Notes: generated by a model not told the origin, from the sequence alone. A DNA stretch of 64,000 nucleotides from Candidatus Thorarchaeota archaeon (GCA_048882045.1 JBHLRZ010000001.1:64001-128000), one strand, 5' to 3'; shown: positions 29,046 to 39,772, numbered from the stretch's first letter. Translations and numbers: made by a program.

Positions 29046-30017
29046 CTAACTTTCACCCTCCCTTCGTAGATATTCACGATATGCTTTTGGATAAAGTTCG
29101 GAGAGTTCCTCAATAGTTGGCAACCGTTCACTATATGGAATGTATGACTGACCAAGCTCAACCTTCGATATTTCGTCTTCAAGTAGAGGTCTGAGCTGTT
29201 CATTAGTTTCAAATCCAATGAAGTGTCTGAAGTTGGCTTTTGCAGCAACCGCAGTAGTACCATTTCCCATGAATGGATCTAGAATGATTTCACCTGGTTT
29301 TGACGAGAAGTCCACGCATCTTGAAACTACCGCGAGAGGAAGTGTCGTTGCGTTCTTGGTCTGACCAGTACGGTACTTTCGCTTGAACAACCAAACGTCT
29401 TCTGGATAGTTCTCAATCTTATTGAAGAAGTACTTTTTCGGGTTCTTGACGAAAACTAGGATATGGTAGTGGCTGGAAACGAATCGTTTCTTCGTATATA
29501 CTCCGAAGGGATAGTGCCAAATCAGATGGTTGAGTGTGACTAATCCAGCTTTACGAGCACCACTCAAAACAGATTCGAGATTGGTCCAACCACTGAATAC
29601 GTAGGCTGTTGATGTTGGTTTCATTATACGAGGAAGTTCTGCAAGCCATGCATCAGTGAATGCATGATACTCTTTCACTTCTTCATATCCTGTAACAACT
29701 AGGTTCTCATCCCGGTTATACACACTGCTCTTCCCATCAAAGTCAATTCCAAAGGGTGGATCCGCAATGACAAGATCGATAGAACGGGGAGGCAGTTTTT
29801 TCATTCCTTGAACACAGTCTTCGTATAGGATTGTGTCTAGATCCATACCCTCAAGGAACTCAGTCTTTGCAAACAGCTTCGATGCCTGATTATGACTCCA
29901 GTCATAGGTAGGTCTGAAATAGAACTCTGCAAGATTTGGTATATACCGTTTGCTTTGTTCCTTATCTGATTGGACTTTTTTAGACGGAGTCATGTGTGAG
30001 TTCACAGTCAGATGCAT
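29046..30017 (-). CDS. Site-specific DNA methyltransferase (N6A/N4C, beta class)
   Basis: IADPPF (motif IV) precedes ILDPFMGNGTT (motif I). Confidence 0.9.
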   Translation of the reverse strand: MHLTVNSHMTPSKKVQSDKEQSKRYIPNLAEFYFRPTYDWSHNQASKLFAKTEFLEGMDLDTILYEDCVQGMKKLPPRSIDLVIADPPFGIDFDGKSSVYNRDENLVVTGYEEVKEYHAFTDAWLAELPRIMKPTSTAYVFSGWTNLESVLSGARKAGLVTLNHLIWHYPFGVYTKKRFVSSHYHILVFVKNPKKYFFNKIENYPEDVWLFKRKYRTGQTKNATTLPLAVVSRCVDFSSKPGEIILDPFMGNGTTAVAAKANFRHFIGFETNEQLRPLLEDEISKVELGQSYIPYSERLPTIEELSELYPKAYREYLRREGES

Positions 30018-30063
30018 GATGGTTATTCTTAAGCCTAGTCATACTTTGAAGGACTAGCTTATT

Positions 30064-31161
30064 CTACATGAGGTCTGAGGGATCGACACCACGAGACATT
30101 GCACGTTGTGTCATCCAGGCTAGCTGATTCGTAGGTTGCTCTGGTTTGTTTGGAGTTTCAACCCGCTTAATCTTGAGTGCGTCTTCAGGACATACGACTG
30201 CACAGACCCCACATCCAATGCATCGCTTAGGATCTACAACACAGATATCTTCAGGCACACTGAGTGCTCCAAACTGACAGCGATCAATACAGTTCTCGCA
30301 TCCTGTGCAGAGGTCAGCATTTACAGTCATCAAGAAATCGGTTTTGATATATTCACGGGGCTCAGCGACCTTATCTACTCCTCTGAGTACACCGCAGCAA
30401 CACGTGCAGCAGTTGCAGATGAATGTATGACCAGACTGTACGTTGTATGTGCAATGAATTAATCCTGCGTCTTCAGCTTCTTTGAGAAGTCTGAGTGATT
30501 CCTCTTTCGTGATGGGTTTTGTGAGAGGGTCGTTATCAAATGCATTCTCCTTGTTTGGAGCAAATGGGAGACAGACCGATAGCGGATAATCACAACCTTC
30601 GTCAATGAGTGTTTTCTGTTTTCTACAGATACACTCACGAACTCCCCAAGAAGCGGCAGACTCGATTAATTGTTCGGCCTGTTGAAAACTGTGAATCTCG
30701 AGCTCTGTACTCACAGCCTGATTGACTGGTATCACCTGAAAGATGACTGGCTCACTCGTTGTGATCTTCTTGAATCCAGTGACATTTTGAAAATACTGTT
30801 CTAGGATTTGAGCGAACTCTGCGTCCATCCGGCCCAGTTGTTCCTCATAGATGCCAACTGCAAAAGGCAACAGACCATATTTCCTAGCTCCCGCACTCTT
30901 TGACATCCAAGAGCTGATCTGACCCTTCTCGTGCATTGTTTCTAGAAGTGATTCTAGCTCTTCCTTTGAGCGATTCAATCGCATACTTACTTCATCTATA
31001 GTTTCACCAGTAAGCTTCAGTTGACTAGCAAGCTCAGCCTCTTCTGGTTCGAATATCCACTCGAGTAACTTAAGATGTGAACCATCATCAACTGGTGGAA
31101 ATCCATTCGGAATAGTATCGAGAACTTGAGCAAGTCTTTCGTATGGATTCATAGCAATCAC
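30064..31161 (-). CDS. 4Fe-4S ferredoxin-domain protein with N-terminal HTH-like region
   Basis: CICR, ICNCCTCCC, CTGCENCIDRC, CIGCGVCAVVCP. Confidence 0.85.
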   Translation of the reverse strand: MIAMNPYERLAQVLDTIPNGFPPVDDGSHLKLLEWIFEPEEAELASQLKLTGETIDEVSMRLNRSKEELESLLETMHEKGQISSWMSKSAGARKYGLLPFAVGIYEEQLGRMDAEFAQILEQYFQNVTGFKKITTSEPVIFQVIPVNQAVSTELEIHSFQQAEQLIESAASWGVRECICRKQKTLIDEGCDYPLSVCLPFAPNKENAFDNDPLTKPITKEESLRLLKEAEDAGLIHCTYNVQSGHTFICNCCTCCCGVLRGVDKVAEPREYIKTDFLMTVNADLCTGCENCIDRCQFGALSVPEDICVVDPKRCIGCGVCAVVCPEDALKIKRVETPNKPEQPTNQLAWMTQRAMSRGVDPSDLM

Positions 31162-31202
31162 AACTAAGTTTTCCTATGCAGAGCTATACATAACACTTCT
31201 GT

Positions 31203-32546
31203 TTATTCAGGACAATTCAGTGTGATGCCCAATGGGCTAAGCTCCTCATTCACTTTCGACGTTATGACCTCACAATCTTGTCCTTTTCCAATCAGGATAT
31301 GAGTAAGTGACTGTTGAAATGGAGGAAGGAATGGCAGATTACTTGCTTCTAGGATTGAGTTATAGGCTTCTTTGACCTTGGGTACTTTGAGATAATTCTC
31401 TAGCTCAGTAAGACTCGTCTTTGTGTCAAGGAGCATCTGACTAATCTTCTTTAGAAATGCAGGTTTTGGCACATTGACTGATGGACCAAAAAGTCCTTCA
31501 ACATTCTCTTCAAACCAATTTTGCATCCGATCTATATCATAGACTGGTAAGACAATAGGAGATTCGCCCTCTGTTTCGGGAGCGATAATTCTAATCATCC
31601 CGCGTTTTTCTGCTGACAGTACGAAGTCTGAGAATCTTCTATACCCTAGTTTTTCAGTTTCAAGACCAAGTTCACGGATAGTAATACCGATATCCCTCAG
31701 TGTATATGGCCTGCCCTCGTTGAGTCCGTCTTCTGCTACTTTAGCGAGAAATGCAAAAGCTTCATTGACCTCCTCTGATATCTTAACTGATTGCGGTGGA
31801 AGTTTCAATGGGAGCACCAGAATGGTTGCAGGGAGGTCTCCTTCAAGTTTGACATATCCTTGTGCTTCCGACCATTCGAGGAAGTCATGCCAATGGTCAA
31901 AGCCCATCTCCTTCTCACTAAATTCTGGGTTTAGTGATGTCATAACATGTTTTGCATGTCCCACACCAGGTTTACTCCCAGTCTTTGCAATCAGTCTGAT
32001 GACTTCTTGTAGTTGAACTGCAGCAAGATGTCGCAACTGAACAATGCTTTGGACAGACTCTTCGCAGTCCTCTGGGTGAACACAATCCAATGCTGGTCGG
32101 AATGAAAAGATATCACTGTAAATTGTGGCCAAATCAGGTAGTTCTGATGCAGTGATGATAGGATTACTGATGAGCCACAGTTCGACTCCATGCTCTTTGA
32201 GAGCTCCTGCAATAAGCTTGAAGTCACCATCGCCTGTAATCATCACGTATCTAGTGGTTTCTGGATAGTGCTTCAGATGATCCAGAATATATGCAGCCAT
32301 CTTGTAATCGCTTGCATTGTCTTTGACATCAGGTACATGAATCAGGTCATATCCGATAGAGTATAGTTCCTCAGCCATCTGCCTTCGCAAGTCCCAATCA
32401 GCAAATGCATACATCTTGACGATAGTCCCAGCCTGTCGAATGTGATTGGTCATAGAAAGATGTGTTGCTGACTCATCAGAAACATTCTCGACATCCCAAA
32501 AGACAGCCATGTGTTGAGGGGTCTCCGTGGAGGTCATGTTACTCAC
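31203..32546 (-). CDS. NYN-domain RNase with two OST-HTH/LOTUS domains
   Basis: FWDVEN, DNASD, ITGDGDF (NYN); FSEKEMGFDHWHDFLE and EKLGYRRFSDFV (LOTUS). Confidence 0.85.
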   Translation of the reverse strand: MSNMTSTETPQHMAVFWDVENVSDESATHLSMTNHIRQAGTIVKMYAFADWDLRRQMAEELYSIGYDLIHVPDVKDNASDYKMAAYILDHLKHYPETTRYVMITGDGDFKLIAGALKEHGVELWLISNPIITASELPDLATIYSDIFSFRPALDCVHPEDCEESVQSIVQLRHLAAVQLQEVIRLIAKTGSKPGVGHAKHVMTSLNPEFSEKEMGFDHWHDFLEWSEAQGYVKLEGDLPATILVLPLKLPPQSVKISEEVNEAFAFLAKVAEDGLNEGRPYTLRDIGITIRELGLETEKLGYRRFSDFVLSAEKRGMIRIIAPETEGESPIVLPVYDIDRMQNWFEENVEGLFGPSVNVPKPAFLKKISQMLLDTKTSLTELENYLKVPKVKEAYNSILEASNLPFLPPFQQSLTHILIGKGQDCEVITSKVNEELSPLGITLNCPE

Positions 32547-32681
32547 ATTCCATTCAGTTATGGTGGTGGAAGCGCCTATATATGAGCCTGCTGCACCTCA
32601 TAGGATTTCCAAAAGGCACATCGGAAATGCTATTTAGAGGATTAAAAGTGAGCGGACCAATCTATGACCAGGTGATATTTT

Positions 32682-34088
32682 TTGACTTCTAAAAAGAGGG
32701 ATTCAAGCCACCCAGACATTCTTAGGATGACGAAGAGAGCATACCGTGAGTTACTCGCGCTCCTCCCAGAGGGAATAGGTATCACTGACCTTGATGAGAA
32801 CCTTGTTTTTGTGAACGATGCATTTGCCAAGATGTTGGAATATGACTTAGAGGAACTCCAGGGGAAGAATGTGGCAGATTTAATCCCAGACGAGTATCAG
32901 GACACTCTTCGTAATGCCACAGCCAGTAGATTGGAAGGCATTTCGTCAGCCTACGAGATAGGAATGATACGAAAGGGCAATGAACAGATTATGGTTCGTG
33001 TTTCAGCGGTTCCAAGACGTGATGAGGAAAACAATGTCATAGGAGCTATTGCAGTGGTCATTGATATTACAAAAGAACATTTTGTTGAAGATGAACTTCG
33101 TAAGCTTTCACGCGCTGTTGAGCAGAGTCCAACCTCAGTAGTCATAACAGATGCTGAGGCCAATATAGAATATGTCAATCCAACTTTTACTATTCTTACA
33201 GGTTATTCCCTTGATGAAACTCTGGGTGTGAATTCGAGGATTCTGAAATCAGGTCTAACACCTGAGGAAACCTATACAGAGTTATGGAAAACATTGAAAG
33301 AAGGTCTTGCGTGGAGGGGGCATTTTGTCAATAAAAAGAAGAATGGTGAACTCTATTGGGAAGATGCTTGGATATCACCCATATTCAGTCCTGATGGACA
33401 CATATCTCACTATGTGGCTGTCAAAGAAGATATCACTCAACGGATAATCACCGAGCAGAGGATTGCACAATCACACAGAGATCTGGAACTTTATGCATCC
33501 TTTTTGCAACATGATATTAGAAATGACCTTCAAATCATAATGAACCATATTGAAGCAGCGAAGCTCCTAGTGAACGGACAAAGTCCAACAAATCAGTACC
33601 TCGATATAGCTGAGGCTGCATCAGAGAGAATGGTCCATCTTCTCGATATCTTTGGAAGACCAGGTGCAGCAGATGATAGAAACCTCTTGAAGATACTTGA
33701 GAAGACGAAGGAACAAGCAGAAAAGACTCACTCAAACCTGAGTGTCAACATAACCTCAACAACGGAGGAAACCGAACTTAGGAGTGCTCGTTTGCTTCCG
33801 ATTGTTTTTGACAACTTACTACGTAACTCTGCGGAATATTCCAAAGGACACGTAAAGGTTTCAATCGAAATTTCACGGGAAAATGAGAGTATTCACATAA
33901 TTCTTAGTGATGACGGACCAGGCATAGACCACGACATTCGGAAAATCCTTTTCCAGAAAGGGACATCTACGACTGGGGGAGGATATGGGCTATACCTGTG
34001 TAGGAAAGTGATTGAGGGGTATGGAGGATCGATTGAACTCATCCCACAAGACATTGGAACAGCATATCAAATCATTCTACCTACTTGA
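32682..34088 (+). CDS. Cytoplasmic PAS-PAS histidine kinase
   Basis: Two PAS domains; HDIRND H-box; NLLRNS, DDGPGI, GGGYGLY. Confidence 0.92.
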   Translation: MTSKKRDSSHPDILRMTKRAYRELLALLPEGIGITDLDENLVFVNDAFAKMLEYDLEELQGKNVADLIPDEYQDTLRNATASRLEGISSAYEIGMIRKGNEQIMVRVSAVPRRDEENNVIGAIAVVIDITKEHFVEDELRKLSRAVEQSPTSVVITDAEANIEYVNPTFTILTGYSLDETLGVNSRILKSGLTPEETYTELWKTLKEGLAWRGHFVNKKKNGELYWEDAWISPIFSPDGHISHYVAVKEDITQRIITEQRIAQSHRDLELYASFLQHDIRNDLQIIMNHIEAAKLLVNGQSPTNQYLDIAEAASERMVHLLDIFGRPGAADDRNLLKILEKTKEQAEKTHSNLSVNITSTTEETELRSARLLPIVFDNLLRNSAEYSKGHVKVSIEISRENESIHIILSDDGPGIDHDIRKILFQKGTSTTGGGYGLYLCRKVIEGYGGSIELIPQDIGTAYQIILPT

Positions 34089-34090
34089 AA

Positions 34091-35134
34091 TCAAGCAAAC
34101 TCGCTTGGAAGATGAATAGCGAACTCACAGGTATCATCCCCTTTAGTTAGCGATTTAACAATCTCTATATCAAGACGTCTTTCAAGAATTCCTTCCCAAA
34201 GCTGTTTTGGCCATCCAGCAGAACAGTTGCAGAAGATCTCAGGAGTTTTGTCGATGCAGTTTCTGATTAATGGGCAGAAACAATACGCTCTACGTCTTTC
34301 CTCGTCTTTTTCAGCCTTTTCATATGCATCCGGATTGGCAGGACCCTTTTCCGAGTAAATGATGTGGCCTTCTCTTCTTAGAAGCTTGGGATAGTATCCA
34401 CCCTTCTTCTTCATAGCGCTGATTACAGCATCCACGTTCCCTGTCAATTTGAATAGGTCCCGCATAGGTGGAATCAGATCTTCAGGAAAGACATGCGCAC
34501 AGTAAGATAGTATTTCGAATTGCTGCTGTTGGTCGGAATGACTTTCTAGGAGTTTCAATGATTTACATAAAGCATCTTGACGGTCAGATGCTGATGAGTC
34601 AACATCGAGTTCTTTCATCGGCTCAAATACTTTATCTTTGATTTCAGGACCTAAAACAGATTCCAGCTGAGATGTGAACCTCAATGTCCAATCATGAAGT
34701 ATTGATTGAATTTCAATGATTGTTTCTTCTGGGGTGGACATGTCCAGATTGTGGAAGACTTCTCTTGTTGACTCAGCTATAGGATGTCCTCTCTCGTAGG
34801 TGTATAGAGCAACCCTTCTATACGCATCATCAATCTCACTGTATGGTCCCTTATGAGTGGTTGTCATGGCTTCTCTTGGAGGAAGTTTAGCAATTACAAT
34901 CCCGTCTCTTTCGATTGGTTCATCTATCGGGATACACACATCCATATCACGACCGTCTTCATCACTGACACCCCAATGATTGACTACGATTGGGCTACCA
35001 ATCTCATGAGTTCCCACGATTTTTCTGATTCTGTCAAACTCATCTGGAAGATCCTTGACAGTTCCATGAATTCTGTTTATTGCTACCAAAATCTCGTTTA
35101 GTACTTTGTATTTGACGCCTGACTCGTAATCCAT
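34091..35134 (-). CDS. GyrI-like ligand-binding domain plus Cys-rich DUF6144-like domain
   Basis: HKGPYSEI..AY; YCFCP, FCNCSAG, SLTKGDDTCEF. Confidence 0.75.
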   Translation of the reverse strand: MDYESGVKYKVLNEILVAINRIHGTVKDLPDEFDRIRKIVGTHEIGSPIVVNHWGVSDEDGRDMDVCIPIDEPIERDGIVIAKLPPREAMTTTHKGPYSEIDDAYRRVALYTYERGHPIAESTREVFHNLDMSTPEETIIEIQSILHDWTLRFTSQLESVLGPEIKDKVFEPMKELDVDSSASDRQDALCKSLKLLESHSDQQQQFEILSYCAHVFPEDLIPPMRDLFKLTGNVDAVISAMKKKGGYYPKLLRREGHIIYSEKGPANPDAYEKAEKDEERRRAYCFCPLIRNCIDKTPEIFCNCSAGWPKQLWEGILERRLDIEIVKSLTKGDDTCEFAIHLPSEFA

Positions 35135-35250
35135 AATCCATGATGATGCAGGAACTCTATATCAATCGCCAGTTCGTAGCAAGAAATCAGATATTACTTG
35201 ACTGGCCAACTTTAAGAGAGAGTAGCAGGTTTTATCGTTGGGTCATTTCC

Positions 35251-36693
35251 ATGAAGATAGAAGTGTGGAATTGGATATCAAAAAATGAGAAGAGAATCAT
35301 TGAAGCAAGTGATAAAATATGGCACCTTGCTGAGCTAGGGCTTGTTGAGGAGAAATCAGCAAAATATCTTGCAAAGTTACTTGAGGACGAGGGATTCTCA
35401 ATAGAGATGGGCGTCGCAGAAATGCCAACTGCTTTTGTTGGGACCTATGGAAAGGGAGCGCCTATTATCGGTTTCATGGGGGAGTATGATGCTTTACCCG
35501 GTCTTTCGCAAAAACCAGTTCCGTATCAGGAACCCATTGAAGAGGGGGCACCAGGACATGGTTGTGGTCACAATATTCATGGTGTGACTGGTGTGATGAG
35601 TGCGATAGCAACTAAAGTGCTATTGGAGAAACATGGACTCCAAGGAACTGTCAAGTTCTTCGGTACTCCTGCAGAAGAAACCTACAGTGGAAAAGTGTTC
35701 ATGGTCAGAGCTGGGTGTTTTGATGGAGTGGATGCTGTCCTCAGTCATCATCCAGGTAGTTTCAATGTGGCAGGTTTGGGAAGTACTCTGGCAATGAATT
35801 CAGCTAAGTTTCATTTCTATGGAAAGACTTCACATGCAGCTGCAACTCCATATGTCGGAAGGAGCGCACTCGATGCAGTGGAGCTGATGAATGTCGGTGT
35901 GAATTTTATGCGTGAGCACGTTGTCCAAGAGGCACGGGTGCACTATGTTATCGAAGAGGGAGGAATGCAGCCTAACGTTGTACCAGACTACGCTCGTACT
36001 TGGTACTATATCAGAGCTCCCGAAAGAGAACAGGTCGACCCGATCTATGAGTGGGTGCTAAAAATCGCTGAGGGTGCAGCTCTAATGACGCAGACAAAAC
36101 TGAAGGTGGAGTTCATCGAGGGCCTCAGTAATGAGCTACCGAGTAGGGGACTGAGTAGTCTCGTCATATCGAATATGAGAGAGATTGGGGCTCCAGAATA
36201 TACCGCAGAAGAGATGAAGTTTGCATCGGAAATGGCAAAGACGGTAACAAAGGAGGCAAAGATTGAACAACTGAGAGCTTCCAAACGTCCCGGATGGGAA
36301 AAATTGGTCGAAGATAATGTCCACATTGACCGCGAGATACACGACCCATGGGATGAGGATATTGTATGGCCAGGTTCAACAGACACTGGAGATGTCACGT
36401 GGATTGCGCCAACGATGGAGTTCAGTACAGCCGCAACCACTCTAGAAGCAGCAGGTCATGATTGGCAGTTCACTGCATGTTGTGGTATGAGCATCGGACA
36501 CAAGGCTCTGATCTTTGCCACAAAAGTCATGGCGGGTTCAGCAGTTGAACTGATGACAAAACCGGACTTGTTGAAGAAGATAAAGGATGAGCATGCTGAA
36601 CGAATGACTGGTAAGAAATACATCTGTCCAATTCCACCCGAGGTCAAACCACCCTTGGAAATCGCAAGGAAAGCAGCAGGTCTTGAAGATTAA
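35251..36693 (+). CDS. M20 amidohydrolase, AbgB-like
   Basis: EYDALPGLSQ, GHGCGHN, PAEE, GRSALDAVELMN, GSTDTGDV. Confidence 0.9.
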   Translation: MKIEVWNWISKNEKRIIEASDKIWHLAELGLVEEKSAKYLAKLLEDEGFSIEMGVAEMPTAFVGTYGKGAPIIGFMGEYDALPGLSQKPVPYQEPIEEGAPGHGCGHNIHGVTGVMSAIATKVLLEKHGLQGTVKFFGTPAEETYSGKVFMVRAGCFDGVDAVLSHHPGSFNVAGLGSTLAMNSAKFHFYGKTSHAAATPYVGRSALDAVELMNVGVNFMREHVVQEARVHYVIEEGGMQPNVVPDYARTWYYIRAPEREQVDPIYEWVLKIAEGAALMTQTKLKVEFIEGLSNELPSRGLSSLVISNMREIGAPEYTAEEMKFASEMAKTVTKEAKIEQLRASKRPGWEKLVEDNVHIDREIHDPWDEDIVWPGSTDTGDVTWIAPTMEFSTAATTLEAAGHDWQFTACCGMSIGHKALIFATKVMAGSAVELMTKPDLLKKIKDEHAERMTGKKYICPIPPEVKPPLEIARKAAGLED

Positions 36694-36805
36694 GCGTCAT
36701 TTAAGTCGAAATCATAGTGTTCACAATAGTGGAGTTGACCTGCAACAAATCTATATCCTTCAAATTGTAATGTTTTAGCAACCGCTTCGTGAGGTCGATA
36801 GTACT

Positions 36806-37933
36806 TTGAGAGAATGTCCTAAATGCCATCGACAGAATCAGCCTACACGAAAGTATTGCACTCGTTGCGGCGCGATTCTGATAGCAACAGATGACGCGCA
36901 ACCCCAAAAACCCGAACCAGTTGTTAAAGAAGCTCCAAAAGTGAGAGAAGCTCCATACAGTGAACCAACTCCTGCAATGGATGAACCTCTGGTCAGACCA
37001 AGCAGAGTTGAAACCGGTCGTATGAGACCTGCTGAACGACATGTTGAGAAGACAGAGCTTGAGAAAGCAAAGGAGGCGTTTGCCAAGGCTGAAGACGTTG
37101 GTATTGAAGAAGCGACAGGAGAGGGAATAGTTGAAACTAGAATGCTCAGAGCTAGTGAAGTTCGTGAGCTGATGGACAATGCAGCAAGTTGGGCTGAGAC
37201 TCAACCTCTTCAACCCAGTGGAGGAATGGATGGAACAGAAACACCAGCTCCTCCACCGATGCCAACATCAACGGATATCGAGAGAGGCATTCTAGGAGAG
37301 AAATCTGAATTTGTCGAGAAGCCTAAACCTGTCCCAGAACCGACGCTACCTCAGGCAGAAGTACCTGCTTCGCTTGCACCTGTAGGTCCACCTGGAGCAC
37401 CAGCTGCAGCTCCCAAACCTGCCCCCTCAATCCCGCCTTCACCTGCACCTGCAGTTAAACCAGTAGCAACTAAAACAGTTGACTCTCCTCCAGATGTCAA
37501 AGCTGAGATATGGGAGTACGAATCAAAGATTCCTGAGAGAGAGTTTCTTGATGATTTCAACATCAAGGGAATTCTTTCAGACCTGAAACATTCTCTTATG
37601 GAACTGAAACAGGCTGAAGCGGATCTTAGCTCTTGTTCTTCTCGTCATGATGAAACAGTAACACAGTACAAGAACGCTGCTGAGGTCAAGAGAATGAATT
37701 TTGAATCTCTTGAAGAACAGACCAAGCATGCAAAGGAAGAATGGAACGACGCGGAGAAGGAATTCCGTCTGGCTGATGATAGAAGAAAGAAAGAGCTCAG
37801 TAGCAGGGAAAAACGTGTCGAGAAGATACAGAAGCAGATCAGTAAATCGGAATCCATGATGGATAAACGTATCAAAGAGCTCAATAAGGAGAAGGAAAGG
37901 CGAGCTCAGGAAGAGGCAAAAAGATCATCATAG
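36806..37933 (+). CDS. Zinc-ribbon / Pro-rich / coiled-coil protein
   Basis: CPKC..CTRCG; PAPPPMP, PVGPPGAP, PSIPPSPAP; ~120-aa heptad-rich C-terminus. Confidence 0.8.
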   Translation: MRECPKCHRQNQPTRKYCTRCGAILIATDDAQPQKPEPVVKEAPKVREAPYSEPTPAMDEPLVRPSRVETGRMRPAERHVEKTELEKAKEAFAKAEDVGIEEATGEGIVETRMLRASEVRELMDNAASWAETQPLQPSGGMDGTETPAPPPMPTSTDIERGILGEKSEFVEKPKPVPEPTLPQAEVPASLAPVGPPGAPAAAPKPAPSIPPSPAPAVKPVATKTVDSPPDVKAEIWEYESKIPEREFLDDFNIKGILSDLKHSLMELKQAEADLSSCSSRHDETVTQYKNAAEVKRMNFESLEEQTKHAKEEWNDAEKEFRLADDRRKKELSSREKRVEKIQKQISKSESMMDKRIKELNKEKERRAQEEAKRSS

Positions 37934-38173
37934 CATTCTAAGTTTTCCCAAAGGATTGTTTCCTGAACACCCTGGGGAGCATCTTGAGTTCATAGATAAT
38001 ATTGCATCAGGGGCTGATGGAGTATTCCTTGATTTGGATTACAACAAGAGTGCTATGTGTAAATCCACGTTGTCTTGTAACTTCACATTGCGTAAATGAA
38101 GCATGGACATTCTGAATTAGAGCTGTATCACTTATCCAACGTCTTAATAACCGGTTTTGAGATAAGACATGAA

Positions 38174-39724
38174 GTGATTCAATTGCAAAGACACAAATTC
38201 GGAATTCTACTCTTACTTGTCCTTTTAAGTCCGATTCCAACAGTTTTCGTTGGCAATACAACACCTGATGTTTCTACATTTCAAATCAATACACCAGCTA
38301 ATGGAGTTAATCCGTTCGATAGAGGTCCTATGGTCGGAATGGTGACCAATGAATCAGCGGTTATATTCTGGCGAACAAATGTAACTACTAATGCAACACT
38401 CAGGTATGGACTAAACGCTTCAGTGTTATCAAGTATGGATAACACGACACTTGACACAGATCATTATTTCCACCTGACTGGACTCGACATTGATACTAAG
38501 TATTACTACCAAGCAGTGTCAAATGGTACAGAGAGCCCTGTCTATCATTTCCTTACAGCTCCGCCTGATGGAGAGGAATTTAAGATGATCGTCGTGGGAG
38601 ATAACAGGCCACGTACAGAAATCACCCAACCACCTGAGTGGGAACAGATTGCTCAAATGATAGCAGATGAACAGCCGCATATTGTCATTGCAACCGGTGA
38701 CTATGTCAGGGACGTAGAAGAAAACGTTGAAGACAATCTTGTTGCCTGGAACTATTTCACTGAGATAAATGACCTGATTGGTCATTATGCTCCAATATAC
38801 GCTGCAATTGGGAACCATGACAAAGCAAGAGGCGGTGGTCCGCTGCATTTGGAATACTTCTTTGACGCATTTGTCCAATATGGTGAACCTTCACCATACT
38901 ACTCATTTGATTATGCAGGTGTGCACTTCACTTTCTTGATGACCTATGAGCTTGGATTGGAATTGAAAATAGTTGGAGATCAACTCGCATGGCTTGAGAA
39001 TGATCTAGCAACCACGAATAAAACGATGAAGTTTGTAGTTGCACATGCTCCTTTATACCCAGTAGTGCATATTGATGATTCTCTCAATATTTATCCAGAG
39101 GAGAGAAATGCGCTACAGGCACTATTCGAAGAGTACAATGTTTCACTATATCTATGTGGACATGACCATCTGTACGATAGACTTACAGTTAATGGATTAA
39201 CTCAGGTCATTTCTGGAGGAGGAGGAGCTCCTCTGTATGACCATCCATTCTGGGGTGGAGGGTACCATCACTATACGAGGTCATTTGTGAGTGCAAGCCA
39301 CATAAACATCTCATCAATCAAATTAGATGGTTCAGTAGGTAATTATTACGAATTGCCCTATGATGGCCCAATCGAGATCAGACATCGTATTTATCCAAGT
39401 GGAAGCACACATCCTGTTGGAACTTTGCCAGTTATCTACTTCAGTGAAGTTCCTGTTGAGAAGTACTTCTCATGGGATTCAGGGGAGAACCAGACCGAGT
39501 TGACAGGAATTCCAAACGCTGATGGGAACCATACGTTGGATGTCTATGCTGTAAACGATGAAGGAGTATGGACGCATGAGGCATTCTTCTGGGTAGCAAC
39601 AGGTGCAACGACACCAACACCCACAGTTACAGGAGGCGCAATTGATCCGCTCCTCATCATTGGTGGCGTGGCAGTTGCAGGCGTAGTAGTTGTTGTTGCA
39701 GTATTTTGGTTCAGAAAAAAGTAG
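38174..39724 (+). CDS. Secreted, C-terminally anchored purple-acid-phosphatase-like metallophosphoesterase with FN3 domain
   Basis: Signal peptide; GD, GDY, GNHD, HAP, GHDH; Thr-rich linker + TM + FRKK. Confidence 0.88.
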   Translation: MIQLQRHKFGILLLLVLLSPIPTVFVGNTTPDVSTFQINTPANGVNPFDRGPMVGMVTNESAVIFWRTNVTTNATLRYGLNASVLSSMDNTTLDTDHYFHLTGLDIDTKYYYQAVSNGTESPVYHFLTAPPDGEEFKMIVVGDNRPRTEITQPPEWEQIAQMIADEQPHIVIATGDYVRDVEENVEDNLVAWNYFTEINDLIGHYAPIYAAIGNHDKARGGGPLHLEYFFDAFVQYGEPSPYYSFDYAGVHFTFLMTYELGLELKIVGDQLAWLENDLATTNKTMKFVVAHAPLYPVVHIDDSLNIYPEERNALQALFEEYNVSLYLCGHDHLYDRLTVNGLTQVISGGGGAPLYDHPFWGGGYHHYTRSFVSASHINISSIKLDGSVGNYYELPYDGPIEIRHRIYPSGSTHPVGTLPVIYFSEVPVEKYFSWDSGENQTELTGIPNADGNHTLDVYAVNDEGVWTHEAFFWVATGATTPTPTVTGGAIDPLLIIGGVAVAGVVVVVAVFWFRKK

Positions 39725-39740
39725 CTATGAATCAGTAAGT

Positions 39741-39772
39741 TTCGATAGTAGGTGTTTCTACCTACTATCGAA
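39741..39772 (+). terminator. Perfect 13-bp inverted repeat, probable terminator
   Basis: TTCGATAGTAGGT-gtttct-ACCTACTATCGAA then T-rich; 17 nt after stop. Confidence 0.65.

Noticed and set aside
27603-30017. Classical type II restriction-modification pair
   Set aside because: Partner gene shows no PD-(D/E)xK, HNH or GIY-YIG motif and looks MCM-derived instead
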